Positions 28,911 to 40,262 of a stretch of 64,000 bases of DNA are shown one piece after another. A program made the position numbers and the translations under genes. Every line of letters starts with the position of its first letter. Position 1 is the first letter of the stretch. The stretch lies in the NCBI GenBank assembly GCA_034439575.1, contig JAWXAQ010000030.1, positions 160,001 through 224,000 of the forward strand, written 5' to 3'. The notes beneath the pieces were generated by a model that worked only from the letters and a program-made list of their open reading frames with translations, made no database searches and had not been told where the DNA came from. Origin of the DNA: Leptospira sp. Lineage in GTDB: Bacteria; Spirochaetota; Leptospiria; Leptospirales; Leptospiraceae.

Positions 28911-30260
28911 ATGATCACACTTAAATTTCCAAAGAACTTCATTTGGGGTACAGCGACTTCCTCCTACCAAATTGAAGGTGGCATACTTGATGATGGCAAA
29001 GGACTTTCTAATTGGGATGTATTTTCAAAAAAGAAAGGAAAAATCAAAAATTCAGATCATGGTGATATTGCTTGTGATCATTATCATAAATATAAAGAAG
29101 ATGTAAATTTATTAAAAAAGCTAAATATACAATCTTATAGGTATTCTATCTCTTGGCCAAGAGTTTTGCCTAATGGTGTGGGCTCTATCAATCAGAAAGG
29201 CTTAGATTTTTATGACCGCCTAACCGATGAATTGCTTAAAAACAACATTCTCCCTTTTGTGACTCTCTATCATTGGGACCTTCCGCAAAAATTAGAAGAT
29301 TTGGGCGGATGGCTAAACCGAGATACAGCAGATTTATTCGGTGATTATACAGAAATTATAGTACGAAAATTAGGAGACCGAGTCAAAAACTGGATCACAA
29401 TTAACGAACCTTGGATTGTTATGATCGCAGGCTATGTATTAGGTGCTCATGCTCCAGGACTACGACGCCCCTTCTCCGCTTTCAAAGTGGCCCATAATTT
29501 ACTACTTGCCCATGGTAAAAGTTTAGAAAGGATACGCAGTCTCTCGCCTAAAGCAAAGGCTGGAATCACAAATGCACTATCACCAGTGTATTCCAATCGT
29601 CGCGATAAAGAAACAAATGTTGTCAAACGTGCGAATGCCATCATGAACAAACTTTGGTTAGATCCTATTTTCAATGGCAAGTATCCAGATGAAATCGAAT
29701 CACTAGTTCATTCGCAGAACAAAGGAAATATCAAAGATGGTGATATGAAACTTATATCTGCAAAAACAGATTTTTTAGGGATCAATCATTATTCTAGAAT
29801 GATAGTTAGGCGGTTTCCGATTCCTGTATTTAAATTTATTCCTGTTTTACCAAAACATACTTCCGCTAAATTTACAACTATGGGTTGGGAAATATATCCA
29901 GAAGGATTTTATGATTTATTAAAGTGGGTCAAAGAAAAATACGCAAATCCTCCTATTTACATTACGGAAAACGGAATTAGCTTAAATGATACTCTAAAGG
30001 AAAATACTGTGAATGATCCCGATCGCATCCAATACCTAAAAGATTATCTCTTAAGCATGTCAAAGGCGATGGAAGAAGGAGTTGATGTTAGAGGGTATTT
30101 TGTCTGGTCATTTTTGGATAATTTTGAATGGCAAGAGGGTTATGAAAAAAAATTCGGAATCGTCTACGTTGACAGAAATGATCCCAATCTGAAACGAATT
30201 CCCAAAGATAGTGCCAAGTGGTATGCAAAAGTTTGTAAGGAGAATGGTTTTATTTACTGA
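28911..30260 (+). CDS. GH1 beta-glucosidase
   Basis: FIWGTATSSYQIEG, acid/base INEP, nucleophile ITENG, WSFLDNFEW. Confidence 0.96.
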   Translation: MITLKFPKNFIWGTATSSYQIEGGILDDGKGLSNWDVFSKKKGKIKNSDHGDIACDHYHKYKEDVNLLKKLNIQSYRYSISWPRVLPNGVGSINQKGLDFYDRLTDELLKNNILPFVTLYHWDLPQKLEDLGGWLNRDTADLFGDYTEIIVRKLGDRVKNWITINEPWIVMIAGYVLGAHAPGLRRPFSAFKVAHNLLLAHGKSLERIRSLSPKAKAGITNALSPVYSNRRDKETNVVKRANAIMNKLWLDPIFNGKYPDEIESLVHSQNKGNIKDGDMKLISAKTDFLGINHYSRMIVRRFPIPVFKFIPVLPKHTSAKFTTMGWEIYPEGFYDLLKWVKEKYANPPIYITENGISLNDTLKENTVNDPDRIQYLKDYLLSMSKAMEEGVDVRGYFVWSFLDNFEWQEGYEKKFGIVYVDRNDPNLKRIPKDSAKWYAKVCKENGFIY

Positions 30261-30299
30261 AGCACTTGCAATTTTTTCAAATTCCTTTATAGTCTTTCC

Positions 30300-31202
30300 A
30301 TGCCTTTGATCAGTATTGTCATCCCCTCACTCAACGAAGAAAAATTCTTACCTTTATTACTAGAATCCATCAAAAAACAAACCTTCAAAGATTTTGAAGT
30401 GATAGTCGCAGATGCTGGTTCCAAAGACAAAACGATTGATATCGCCAAAAAGTATGGAGCCAAAGTGGTCCCAGGCGGAATGCCAGGTCCTGGACGAAAT
30501 CGAGGGGCGGCTGTTGCCACGGGTGAATTTTTATTCTTTTTTGATTCTGATGTCATACTGCCTGAGGATTTTTTAGAAAGCGCCTATCACGAAATGCAAG
30601 AGCGATTTTTAGACCTAGCTACATGTGAATTCAAACCACAGTCAGATTTACAACTTGATAAGGTAATGTTCAAACTTGCCAACCTAACAGTAAAATTAAA
30701 TCAATCCATCAATCCGAGAGCCGCAGGATTTTGTATTTTTATCACAAAAAGACTTTTTAACCGTGTGGGCGGTTTTGATGAAGCAGTCGTTATCGCAGAA
30801 GACCATGATCTAGTGGATCGAGCATCAAAGTTTAGACCCTTACGATTTTTAAACTCATGCCATCTAACGGTGAGTATTCGTAGGTTAGAAAAAGAAGGAC
30901 GATTTGCCTTACTTGAAAAGTACTTTCATGTAGAAATGCATCTGCTCACAAAAGGTAGTGTTAAAGAAGATATCATAGAATATGAATTTGGAAATTTTGA
31001 CGGCCAGGACAAAAAGGTTAGCACAAAAATTTTGGATGATCTAGAAAGAAATATCATCCAACTCGAAGAAAAATATAATAAATTTTCAGACAATGTAAAA
31101 TCGGGAATTTCTGAAATGCAATCCACACAAGAAAACTGGAAGAGTGCTTTAGAAAATATCACCACTTCCTTTCAGAATTTATTCAAAAAAGATAAAAAAT
31201 AA
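30300..31202 (+). CDS. GT2 family glycosyltransferase with C-terminal coiled tail
   Basis: ISIVIPSLNEE, DAGSKD, DSD motif, GGFDE..AED. Confidence 0.93.
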   Translation: MPLISIVIPSLNEEKFLPLLLESIKKQTFKDFEVIVADAGSKDKTIDIAKKYGAKVVPGGMPGPGRNRGAAVATGEFLFFFDSDVILPEDFLESAYHEMQERFLDLATCEFKPQSDLQLDKVMFKLANLTVKLNQSINPRAAGFCIFITKRLFNRVGGFDEAVVIAEDHDLVDRASKFRPLRFLNSCHLTVSIRRLEKEGRFALLEKYFHVEMHLLTKGSVKEDIIEYEFGNFDGQDKKVSTKILDDLERNIIQLEEKYNKFSDNVKSGISEMQSTQENWKSALENITTSFQNLFKKDKK

Positions 31203-31210
31203 AATTAAGA

Positions 31211-34200
31211 TCACTTCGCTTTTTTATTTTTTTTGGACTTTAGAATATCAGAAGTTTCTTCTCTTACACTATGTGAATCATAAATCAAATTTATAAATGA
31301 ATTATGCGTTTCGTCATGCTTTTCATGGCCTATGTCGATTTGAATCAACTTGGACAAACGCAATTTTTTCTTAAGCTCTTGATTACCCTTATTTTTTTCA
31401 TCAAAGTGCAGTAATTTTTCCATAACGATAGGTAAAACTAATCTAGATAAGGCGGTGGCGACGAGTACACCCGCGATCACTACAGTAGCCAATGGACGTT
31501 GCACTTCGGCTCCAGCCATAGTTGAAATGGCCATCGGCAAAAATCCAATCGCCGCAATAAATTCAGTCGTTAACACAGGTCGCAATGATAGTATCCCTGC
31601 ACTTAACACAGATGATTCGATGGATTTTCCAGACTGAATTTCATCCTTTAAAGTCGCAGCGTAAACGACTCCATTTAACACAGCGATCCCACTCACTGCG
31701 ATAAAACCAACGGCAGCAGGTATGCTAAAAGGGAGTCCTCTCAGAAGTAAACCCAATATTCCCCCAGCCGCAGCCAATGGCACAACCGAGAACACACCTA
31801 ATGCATAGTAGATGCTATTAAATGCCATAATTAACATAAAAAATATTATGGCAAGAGCTACGGGAACAACCAGAATCAAGCGGTCTCTGGCTCGAACAAA
31901 ATTATCAAATTGTCCACCCCATTCCATTTCATACCCAAGCGGTAAATTGTCTGAAATGCTTTTGGTTTTTTCTTTTGCTTCGTTGATATACCCTACAAGA
32001 TCTCGGCCTCTAATATTAACCTCAACAAAAATGCGTCTTTTTAATCCCTCACGATATATAGCGGACGCTGAATCTATAATTTCTATGTCTGCAACTTGGG
32101 CCAAGGGAACTGTCGTATTCCTTGAAGTCATTATTGGAATATTCTGAACTTCATATATATCATCGGCTTCCAAATCCAAACGAAAGACCAAATCATACCT
32201 TCGCATTCCTTCGAATATTTTTCCTGCATTGGAGCCGACTCTTAACATTTCTACAGTTCTAAGAATTTCAGAAGCTGAAACACCATAACGTGCCATCTTA
32301 TCATAATTTGTATTGATTTGGAGCATAGGTAGACCAAGGACTCTTTGCACACGTAAATCCCCCGTGCCTTGGATCTTTGACAATACTGAGGCGACCTTTT
32401 CTGCCTGGGATTTTATGGTTTTTAAATCATCTCCATAAATTTTGATCACAACATCCGCTTTGGAACCAGTGAGTAAGGAATTCACACGATTTTCTATAGG
32501 TTGGGACATACTAAAATAAGTAGAAGGTATATCATTTGTTAGTCTGTCCTTCATAATGGACATCAATTCTTCTCTGTTAGATGCATTTTTCCATTCTGAC
32601 CTAGGGCGAAGTTTTACCATCACAGACGTCTCTTCTGTGCCAAGAGGCTCTGCAGCTGATTCCCCACGTCCCACACGACCGACGACACTTGCTACCTCAG
32701 GGAACTTCTTTAAGGTTTTTTCAATCGCCAAATTTAAGTCTCTAGAATAATCGATAGCGGTGGACGGCAATCGTTTCGCATCTACTTCTATTTCACCTTC
32801 GTCTATCCTTGGTAAAAATTCTGAACCTAAAAAATTCCCAAGTAAAAAAGAAAATACCACGATACCTAAGGCTGAAGAAAGGATTTCTTTTTTTCTGGTC
32901 CATCCCCATTCGAGCAACCTAACATAGTAATTTTCTATTTTTTCCCATACATAAGCTTTATGGATAAATGGTTTTTTATAAAAGAAAGCAAGACTCGCAG
33001 GAAAGACTGTGACAGAAAATATAAGTGCACTTGCCAATGCTAAAGCAACCGTTATCGCCATTGGACGAAACATTCGTCCTTCCACACCTTCCAAAACCAT
33101 AAGTGGCAGATAAACTAACATGATGATAGCGACAGAAAATACTGCCGCCTTAGCCACTCTTTTACATCTATTTGCGATTATGGATTCAGTTAGTTTTTGT
33201 ATCTCTTCTTCATTCATCGGATTTTTAAATTCAGAACGGCTAAAATAAAATCCAGCTAACACGGATTCCAACATAACAATGGAACCATCTACGAGTAATC
33301 CAAAATCCAAAGCACCAAGAGACATCAAATTTCCGACAACACCGAGATACCTCATAAATATTACGGCGACTAACATAGAGATAGGTATGGCGGCAGCAAC
33401 AAGGGCTCCGCCTTTGGCAGTTCCAAGCGTAATCACAAGTGCAAAAAATACTAAGAGTGCCCCTTCACCTAAATTCATAAAAACAGTTTTTAAAGCCCTA
33501 TTGATAAATTCTGATCTATCATAAAATGGTTCTATTTTCATACCTGGCGGTAGGGTTTTCGTAATCTCTGTAATTTTATCTTTTACACTGGCGACTACGT
33601 TTCTGGAATTTTGGCCAATTAACATGATAACGGTGGCAGAAACTACTTCTTTTCCATCTTTTGTCGCAATTCCAAATCGAAGTGCTGGCCCAACTTCTAC
33701 TCTGGCAATCTGACCAAGTAACAAAGGTATACCATCGGCTGATGTGCGAACAGCGACTCTTTTTAACTCTTCGATTCCTTCAAATTGACCTTCTCCTCGT
33801 ATAACTAGCTGTTCAACGCCTTTTTGCACATAACCACCACCCGTATTAAAATTTGCATTTTTGATATTAGTTAGAATATCTGTGATGGTCAAACTATGGG
33901 CTTGTAGTCTTTTGGGATCGATTAAAATCTGGTATTGTTTTAAGGTTCCACCGAGTGTATTGACTTCTATCACTCCAGGAACTGATTTCATTTTTTTTGA
34001 TAAATCCCAATCGATAAAACTTCGCAATTCCATAGAGGAATGTCTATCTGAAGTTAATACAAATTCATAAATATCACCGAGAGCCGTAGCGACAGGTGCG
34101 AGTTCTGGAGATCCATATTCGGGTGGGATAATTGCATCGACTAACTTGAGTCTTTCGTTTACAAGTTGCCTTGCAAACCATATATTTGTATCATCATCAA

Positions 34201-34495
34201 AGATAACTGAAACTGAACTGACACCAGCACGAGAAATAGAACGAATTTCTTTGGCACCAGGAATACCATTTAACTCTAATTCAATGGGATAAGTGATGAA
34301 TTGTTCGACTTCGAAGGGAGTTAAGGCAGGGGAAGATGTGACGGCTGTTACTTGGACATTTGTAACATCAGGAACTGCATCGATGGGTAATATAGATGCA
34401 TTGATAAGACCTATCAAACAAATGATAAGGCATACGATTAAAACTTTTGATTTGTTACGAATTGAAAAATCAACTAAGGTTTCTATCATTCCCAC
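31211..34495 (-). CDS. CusA/CzcA-family heavy-metal RND permease (CzcA-like)
   Basis: [47 protein letters not shown]; His-containing C-terminal tail; ATG at 34489 may be the real start. Confidence 0.95.
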   Translation of the reverse strand: MGMIETLVDFSIRNKSKVLIVCLIICLIGLINASILPIDAVPDVTNVQVTAVTSSPALTPFEVEQFITYPIELELNGIPGAKEIRSISRAGVSSVSVIFDDDTNIWFARQLVNERLKLVDAIIPPEYGSPELAPVATALGDIYEFVLTSDRHSSMELRSFIDWDLSKKMKSVPGVIEVNTLGGTLKQYQILIDPKRLQAHSLTITDILTNIKNANFNTGGGYVQKGVEQLVIRGEGQFEGIEELKRVAVRTSADGIPLLLGQIARVEVGPALRFGIATKDGKEVVSATVIMLIGQNSRNVVASVKDKITEITKTLPPGMKIEPFYDRSEFINRALKTVFMNLGEGALLVFFALVITLGTAKGGALVAAAIPISMLVAVIFMRYLGVVGNLMSLGALDFGLLVDGSIVMLESVLAGFYFSRSEFKNPMNEEEIQKLTESIIANRCKRVAKAAVFSVAIIMLVYLPLMVLEGVEGRMFRPMAITVALALASALIFSVTVFPASLAFFYKKPFIHKAYVWEKIENYYVRLLEWGWTRKKEILSSALGIVVFSFLLGNFLGSEFLPRIDEGEIEVDAKRLPSTAIDYSRDLNLAIEKTLKKFPEVASVVGRVGRGESAAEPLGTEETSVMVKLRPRSEWKNASNREELMSIMKDRLTNDIPSTYFSMSQPIENRVNSLLTGSKADVVIKIYGDDLKTIKSQAEKVASVLSKIQGTGDLRVQRVLGLPMLQINTNYDKMARYGVSASEILRTVEMLRVGSNAGKIFEGMRRYDLVFRLDLEADDIYEVQNIPIMTSRNTTVPLAQVADIEIIDSASAIYREGLKRRIFVEVNIRGRDLVGYINEAKEKTKSISDNLPLGYEMEWGGQFDNFVRARDRLILVVPVALAIIFFMLIMAFNSIYYALGVFSVVPLAAAGGILGLLLRGLPFSIPAAVGFIAVSGIAVLNGVVYAATLKDEIQSGKSIESSVLSAGILSLRPVLTTEFIAAIGFLPMAISTMAGAEVQRPLATVVIAGVLVATALSRLVLPIVMEKLLHFDEKNKGNQELKKKLRLSKLIQIDIGHEKHDETHNSFINLIYDSHSVREETSDILKSKKNKKAK

Positions 34496-34498
34496 TCC

Positions 34499-34533
34499 AG
34501 ATACTAAAAATCATTTGAATGATTCCAGTATCT
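34499..34533. promoter_or_regulatory. Operator-like inverted repeat upstream of the CzcA-type gene
   Basis: AGATACT-aaa-AATCATT-tg-AATGATT-cc-AGTATCT. Confidence 0.55.
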
Positions 34534-34602
34534 TGTAGAGAGATATCAATGCAACTAAATTGCACCAAATTCAAGGAACGATTATATTCTAATTAAGCTT
34601 TA

Positions 34603-35883
34603 TTAAGCGATCTTCTCTATATCACCTTTCAGAATGGTGACTGGAAATTCACTCTTTAAAACTGTATCTTCTGTGATGATCACTTCCAAAACATCTTTAC
34701 GAGAAGGTATTTGGAACATGAGATCCATCATGGTTTCTTCAATGATAGCGCGGAGTCCACGAGCACCACTCTCTCGTTTGATGGCGGTTTCTGCAATGGC
34801 AGTGATCGCATCTTCTGTAAACTTAAGTTTAACGTTTTCAATATCAAACATCTTTTGGTATTGTTTGAGAAGGGAATTTTTTGGTTCTGTAAAAATGGAT
34901 TTCAAAGAATCGACGGTTAACTCATCTAAGGTGGCAACAATTGGCAAACGACCAATAAACTCGGGGATGAGACCAAATTTCATAAGATCATCTGGGATCA
35001 CATGGTGAACTAAATTTCCTGTAACTTCGATCGCTTGCCCCATTTCATTTACGGCTTCCCCAGAATGAAATCCGATTGACTTAACACCTACTCTCTGTTT
35101 GATGATTTGGTCCAAACCAACAAAGGCACCACCGCAAATAAAGAGAATGTTTTTTGTTTCTACAGGAATGTATTCTTGGTGTGGGTGTTTACGTCCACCT
35201 TGTGGTGGGACATTAGCAATTGTGCCTTCAATGATTTTCAATAGGGCTTGCTGTACGCCTTCGCCTGACACATCACGAGTGATAGACGCCGAATCTGACT
35301 TACGAGAAATTTTATCTATCTCATCAATATAGATGATTCCCATTTCAGCGCGTTTGACATCATTATCAGAATTTTGAATGAGTTTAAGAATGATATTTTC
35401 TACATCTTCGCCCACATAACCTGCTTCAGTCAATGCCGTCGCATCCACAATGGCAAAAGGAACTTTTAAAATGCGAGCGAGTGTCTGTGCTAGAAGTGTT
35501 TTTCCAGAACCGGTAGGTCCAATCAGCATAATGTTTGATTTTTCTAATTCAACATCACCCGCCTTACGGTCGTTATGGAAGATTCTTTTGTAATGATTAT
35601 ACACAGCAACAGCTAAGGCTTTTTTTGCCTGTTCTTGCCCGATGACATACTGGTCTAAGATTTTTTTGATTTCTACTGGTTTTGGAATTTCTCCAACAAT
35701 AGCGGTCTTTTCACCACCTTGCGGTTCTTCGGCGATGATTTCGTTGCAAAGGGAAATACATTCATCACAAATATAAACACCAGGACCAGCAACAAGTCTA
35801 CGAACTTCGTCTTGGGCTTTTCCGCAAAAGGAACAATGGAGTTTTTCACGGGAATTGCCGGTGCTCGTAGGTCGCTTGGTCAT
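34603..35883 (-). CDS. clpX: ATP-dependent Clp protease ATP-binding subunit
   Basis: CSFC/CDEC zinc domain, [16 protein letters not shown] loop. Confidence 0.99.
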   Translation of the reverse strand: MTKRPTSTGNSREKLHCSFCGKAQDEVRRLVAGPGVYICDECISLCNEIIAEEPQGGEKTAIVGEIPKPVEIKKILDQYVIGQEQAKKALAVAVYNHYKRIFHNDRKAGDVELEKSNIMLIGPTGSGKTLLAQTLARILKVPFAIVDATALTEAGYVGEDVENIILKLIQNSDNDVKRAEMGIIYIDEIDKISRKSDSASITRDVSGEGVQQALLKIIEGTIANVPPQGGRKHPHQEYIPVETKNILFICGGAFVGLDQIIKQRVGVKSIGFHSGEAVNEMGQAIEVTGNLVHHVIPDDLMKFGLIPEFIGRLPIVATLDELTVDSLKSIFTEPKNSLLKQYQKMFDIENVKLKFTEDAITAIAETAIKRESGARGLRAIIEETMMDLMFQIPSRKDVLEVIITEDTVLKSEFPVTILKGDIEKIA

Positions 35884-35894
35884 GGGGGGCTCCT

Positions 35895-36494
35895 TTAAGC
35901 CTGAATTTGTTTTCGCTCTTGGATTACGTTGTCTATGACGCCGTATTCTTTTGCTTCTTCCGCACTCATATACATATTGCGTTCGGTATCTTTTTTGATT
36001 TGTTCAGACGTTTTGCCAGTGTGCTTACCATAAAGGTCGATCAATTTGTCCTTTATCTTAACTATTTCTCGAGCTGAGATCTCAATATCAGAGGCTTGTC
36101 CACCTGCACCACCGTAAGGTTGGTGTAACATAATGCGTGAATTTGGTAGAGCGGAACGTTTTCCTTTCGCACCACCCGCAAGTAAAAGAGCCGCCATAGA
36201 GGATGCTTGGCCAATACAAAGCGTTCTCACTTCTGGTTTGATCAGTTGCATAGTGTCGTAAATCGCCATTCCAGAACTTACATAGCCACCTGGGCTATTG
36301 ATATAAAGATAAACGTCTCTTTCTGGATTCTCGGCTTCTAAAAATAACAATTGGGCGGAAATGACATTGGCATAAGCCTCATCTATTGCTGACCCAAGGA
36401 AAATAATACGATCTTTGAGGAGTCTAGAAAAAATGTCATACTGACGTTCTCCCCGGCTCGTTTGTTCAATTACATAAGGCATTAATGTAGACAT
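35895..36494 (-). CDS. clpP: Clp protease proteolytic subunit
   Basis: [34 protein letters not shown]. Confidence 0.99.
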   Translation of the reverse strand: MSTLMPYVIEQTSRGERQYDIFSRLLKDRIIFLGSAIDEAYANVISAQLLFLEAENPERDVYLYINSPGGYVSSGMAIYDTMQLIKPEVRTLCIGQASSMAALLLAGGAKGKRSALPNSRIMLHQPYGGAGGQASDIEISAREIVKIKDKLIDLYGKHTGKTSEQIKKDTERNMYMSAEEAKEYGVIDNVIQERKQIQA

Positions 36495-36496
36495 GT

Positions 36497-37840
36497 TTAT
36501 TCTTTCCCGCTAAGTAATTTCTCTGCATCTTCGGTGGAAACCGCTTTCGGAGATTTCTTATCTACCTCACCATAAACAAACTCGTCGATTTTATCAAACA
36601 GGAATTTGTCTCTGTAAAAAGTTTCCGCCTTTTGTTTTTGGACTTCTTTCATCAGGGATTCGACAGGAATTCCTTGCGATAATGCTTCTTTTTCAAATCC
36701 TGCGACAATTTCTTCCTCAGAAAGGGTGATTTTGTTGTCTTCGCCGATTTTGTGCTTCAAAAGGTAAGTTTGGATGCGTTTTTCTGCCGCCTGGGCGAAG
36801 GAAGCCCGCACTTCGGATTCTTCCTTGCCAAGTCGTTTCGCATACTCTGGAAGAGTCGTATGTGGTAGGCGGAATTCGTGAATGAAATTATGGAAAACTC
36901 CATCTGTCTCTTCGTGAATTAAAGATTCAGGGATCAAAAACTTTGTATCTTTGATAATTTCTGCATAGGCTTCTTCGGTAACCTTTCTTTTCAATGCGTT
37001 ATTGAAAAGTTCTTCCAATTGTTTTTTGGTTTTGTCCTTTAATGCCTGCAAGTTGGCCGATCCATCCACCTCAGATGCGAAATCATCATTGATTTCTGGA
37101 TAAGTAACGCGGTAAACAGCCGTTACTTTGACATGGTATACGAATTGTTTGCCAGCAGATTCTGGGGAAGCCGGAAAAGAGTCAGGATAACGGAAGTTAA
37201 ATTCTTTCTCTTCGTTTAGTTTCATGCCAATAAGTTCAGAATCAAAACCTGGTGGGTTTTGAGTGGCACCCATTTGGAATTTACCAGTTTGTGATGCTTC
37301 AGGAAATTCTTTTCCTTCTTCTTTGAATTTGTATTGGATTTCTAATAAATCAGTATTTTCAACAGCTTCGCCTTCTTCTTTTAGAATGTTGCGAGCCATA
37401 TTTTTTTGCATGCCTTCCAATTCTTTTTGGAGGTCAGCATCTGTGATTTTGATTTCTTTTGGTTGGATTTTAATCTTTTTTAATTTTGGTAAAGTGACTT
37501 CAGGTTTTGTATCATAGGTAGTCTTTGCCTTAGCACCTGCTTTGCGATCAAAGCTCTCTACTTGAAATTGTGGAATGCGGATCGGTTTGTGTTCTAATTT
37601 GTCAAAAAGATCGGACATCGCATTATTTAGCATAATATTAGCCGCATCATCCATCACACTATCGCCCAATACTTTTTCGACCATATGGAGTGGGGCTTTG
37701 CCTGGACGAAAGCCTGGAACTTTCACTTTTGAACTCGCACTTTCATAGGCTTTTTTATATGCCGTATCTACTTCAAGGGCAGAAAAAGTAATTGTTAAGT
37801 CACAAGAAGCGTTGTTGTTTTTTTTTGCTGTAAATTCCAT
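36497..37840 (-). CDS. tig: Trigger factor
   Basis: GFRPGKAP ribosome-binding loop, FKBP-like middle domain, upstream of clpP-clpX; ATG 37840 preferred over TTG 37852. Confidence 0.96.
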   Translation of the reverse strand: MEFTAKKNNNASCDLTITFSALEVDTAYKKAYESASSKVKVPGFRPGKAPLHMVEKVLGDSVMDDAANIMLNNAMSDLFDKLEHKPIRIPQFQVESFDRKAGAKAKTTYDTKPEVTLPKLKKIKIQPKEIKITDADLQKELEGMQKNMARNILKEEGEAVENTDLLEIQYKFKEEGKEFPEASQTGKFQMGATQNPPGFDSELIGMKLNEEKEFNFRYPDSFPASPESAGKQFVYHVKVTAVYRVTYPEINDDFASEVDGSANLQALKDKTKKQLEELFNNALKRKVTEEAYAEIIKDTKFLIPESLIHEETDGVFHNFIHEFRLPHTTLPEYAKRLGKEESEVRASFAQAAEKRIQTYLLKHKIGEDNKITLSEEEIVAGFEKEALSQGIPVESLMKEVQKQKAETFYRDKFLFDKIDEFVYGEVDKKSPKAVSTEDAEKLLSGKE

Positions 37841-37948
37841 ACCGTGTTCCAATCAAATAATGTGTCATAAGGAGGGATAAAAAGAGCGAAGGACATTTGG
37901 CTACTGCAAGGATACTAAAAATTTCGCCCTATGATTCAACCCTCTGTT

Positions 37949-38020
37949 AGCGGGAAACGGGACTTGAACCCGCGACCCTCTCCTTGGCAAGGAGATGCTC
38001 TACCGCTGAGCTATTCCCGC
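37949..38020 (-). tRNA. tRNA-Gly(GCC), CCA not encoded
   Basis: GCGGGAATAGCTCAGCGGTAGAGCATCTCCTTGCCAAGGAGAGGGTCGCGGGTTCAAGTCCCGTTTCCCGCT folds into a cloverleaf with anticodon GCC and TTC T-loop. Confidence 0.98.
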
Positions 38021-38111
38021 AAGAGGTTTGAGTAAATCCATGATTTTTAGAAATACTTCCCAGGCAAGGAAAAAAGACCTATTTTCTAGCAATTCATACC
38101 AAATCGAAGCT

Positions 38112-38789
38112 TTAGCGAACTTGGACTTTTTTGGCCAATTTTTTGAGATATGGATATACCGATTCAGAAACTAAGACATGCCCCTCTTCTGTGGGATGGA
38201 TTCCATCTTTTTGGTTTAGTTTGCGATCACTCGCAACTTTCTCTAATAGAAAGGGAACGAGCATCACATTTTCTGATTTTGCTAAATCAGGATAAATCGC
38301 ATCAAATTCATCACGGTACTTTGATCCGAGATTCGGGGTAGATTTCATTCCGATGAGTAATATCTCACAATTTGGATATGTTTTTTTTACTGTCCGCAAT
38401 ATCGTTGCTAAATTGTCACGAGTGACCTTTGGTGTGATCCCGCGTAACATATCATTGGCACCTAACTCTAAAACAAATATATTTGGTTTTTGACTGAGAA
38501 CCCAATCGAGTCTCCCTAAACCACCAGAACTTGTATCACCAGATACTCCTGCATTTGTAATCTCAAAAGTATATCCTTCTTTTTTTAACCGAGCGACGAT
38601 TAGATGAGGCCAAGCTTTTTCATAATCAACTAAACCGTATCCTGCCGTTAATGAATCACCAAAAAATATAATCCGCTGTGACTTTGATTCTGAATTAGGA
38701 GCCGTGGGCACTGAGGGATTTGATGTTTCGGCATCATTGCCACAGGAAAAAAATGTAAATATAAGTAAGAGAGGAATCAGTTTCAACAT
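38112..38789 (-). CDS. GDSL/SGNH arylesterase (TesA-like) lipoprotein
   Basis: FGDSLTAGYG, NAGVSGDT, ELGAND, DGIHP; lipobox FFSC. Confidence 0.95.
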   Translation of the reverse strand: MLKLIPLLLIFTFFSCGNDAETSNPSVPTAPNSESKSQRIIFFGDSLTAGYGLVDYEKAWPHLIVARLKKEGYTFEITNAGVSGDTSSGGLGRLDWVLSQKPNIFVLELGANDMLRGITPKVTRDNLATILRTVKKTYPNCEILLIGMKSTPNLGSKYRDEFDAIYPDLAKSENVMLVPFLLEKVASDRKLNQKDGIHPTEEGHVLVSESVYPYLKKLAKKVQVR

Positions 38790-38911
38790 ACAAGGGATTT
38801 TTATCCGTACGTATTAGACATAGCAAGTAGAATATTTGAAAGTGAATTTGAGTATGGGAAAGAGTTTTTGATAATTTTCAGTCTTAGGGATTCAAAACAA
38901 TTTTTATCTTA

Positions 38912-40252
38912 TCAGTAAACCCCATCACTATCATAGAAAAAGGAAACACCAGGCATAATGTAAAATTCTGTGACTTGGTGTTTTATGGAACTAGACATTT
39001 CCGAAACCCCGATTCCAATACTACGAGCCGAATAATCTGTACGAGGCACATTTCCAATGGTATCACCTAGATACAAAGGGTATGTGCGTTTTACGTCTTG
39101 GCGAATGAGACCAAAGTCCAAAGTGAATCGACAATAACGAAAAGAAGATTCTATATTTAAAATCGTTCCTTTGTCTCTGACATTTCCACCATACGCTGGT
39201 ACAACGCCTGATATGTTAGAAGTGCTGTCGTTAAAAATTTCTTGGACAACTTGTGTTCCGATCACAGAAAAATCACCCTTACGATCGAGGAGTTCGTACC
39301 TAGCGCGCACTTCCCACCAATCGCGAAGTTTGATCTTCATAAAGATACCAGGCAAAATTCCTTTCATAGAATATTCCGCATTGGCATCTCCACCGACAGA
39401 CCAAGTTGTTTTATTGGGAACACTTGCTTCTGGACGACTTGTAGAATAAGAACCGTAGGTAATGTTATTTCTTTCCGAATATCTATGAAAGTTAATCGAT
39501 GGACCGATCATAAATATCTTTGTTAGTGGGTGAGTATAAGAAAATCTCAAGTGATTGCTCACACCTTCAAAACGAAGGAGACGATTGCCTTCAAAAGCAG
39601 ATCCCCAATAATTAGCAGTCCTTGGGGAAAAAAACTCATTGGATGCAGGAAGGTCTCGACTGTACACGCCTAAGGTGGTGTCTTCGGCTAACTGGATTTC
39701 GTATTTGTTTTTGTAACCGTATCTGATATCCCAAAATTGGGAATTCACGCCTAAGTCTTTGGTTCCTTTGTACGGAATCGCAAGCGGTGCCCCGGGTTCT
39801 GCCCCTTGTCTAAAAATGGAATTCGTAAGCCATGCAGGACCTGTTTCATTTAAGATAGCAGGAGATAAATTTCCAATTCCCCATCCTGTGCGAAAGAGCA
39901 ATCTATGTTCATACACTTGATTGAATTTTTGCATGGGCTCTAAGTTATTTGCATGTTTTTCTAAAGTGGTATTTGTCCTTGGGGTTTCTGTTTCATCCGT
40001 ATGAGGGGCTTCCTTATGATTCGGATCCGTATGTTTCCCTTTTGTATCTTTATGCAAAGGGTCTTTATGAGTAGCATCTGTGTGTTTGGTGGTTTCTACA
40101 TTTTTTGTAGAGTCGGTATGTTTGGCAGGATCTATGTGTTTTGTGTGATCCGTATCTTTATTTACTTCGGTATGTTTTACTGGATCTTCAGCGAACAAAT
40201 AAATAGGAAGAATAAAGGAAATCGTAATTAATATTTTAAATATATTTTTCAA
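38912..40252 (-). CDS. Exported protein with His-rich repeat region and probable beta-barrel domain
   Basis: Signal peptide; KHTD-like repeats; amphipathic strands (WDIRYGY, LRFSYTH, WEVRARYE, FTLDFGL, YIMPGVSFFY); TTG start. Confidence 0.7.
   Translation of the reverse strand: MKNIFKILITISFILPIYLFAEDPVKHTEVNKDTDHTKHIDPAKHTDSTKNVETTKHTDATHKDPLHKDTKGKHTDPNHKEAPHTDETETPRTNTTLEKHANNLEPMQKFNQVYEHRLLFRTGWGIGNLSPAILNETGPAWLTNSIFRQGAEPGAPLAIPYKGTKDLGVNSQFWDIRYGYKNKYEIQLAEDTTLGVYSRDLPASNEFFSPRTANYWGSAFEGNRLLRFEGVSNHLRFSYTHPLTKIFMIGPSINFHRYSERNNITYGSYSTSRPEASVPNKTTWSVGGDANAEYSMKGILPGIFMKIKLRDWWEVRARYELLDRKGDFSVIGTQVVQEIFNDSTSNISGVVPAYGGNVRDKGTILNIESSFRYCRFTLDFGLIRQDVKRTYPLYLGDTIGNVPRTDYSARSIGIGVSEMSSSIKHQVTEFYIMPGVSFFYDSDGVY
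39990..40190 (-). repeat. Degenerate coding repeat, ~6-aa unit (K-H-T-D-x-x)
   Basis: KHTEVN KDTDHT KHIDPA KHTDST KNVETT KHTDAT HKDPL HKDTKG KHTDPN HKEAP HTDE. Confidence 0.8.
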
Positions 40253-40262
40253 TTGTTATTAC

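Noticed and set aside
31455-35332. Numerous 60-125 aa plus-strand ORFs opposite czcA and clpX (similar ones occur opposite fapA, fliI and the sensor kinase)
   Set aside because: Typical antisense shadows of long conserved genes; no independent motifs.
37911-37922. GATACTAAAAAT identical to 34500-34511
   Set aside because: An AT-rich 12-mer match is expected by chance in a window this size, and the dyad partner is absent here.
37949-38020. tRNA-Gly as an integration site
   Set aside because: No integrase nearby and no duplicated tRNA 3' end seen in the window.
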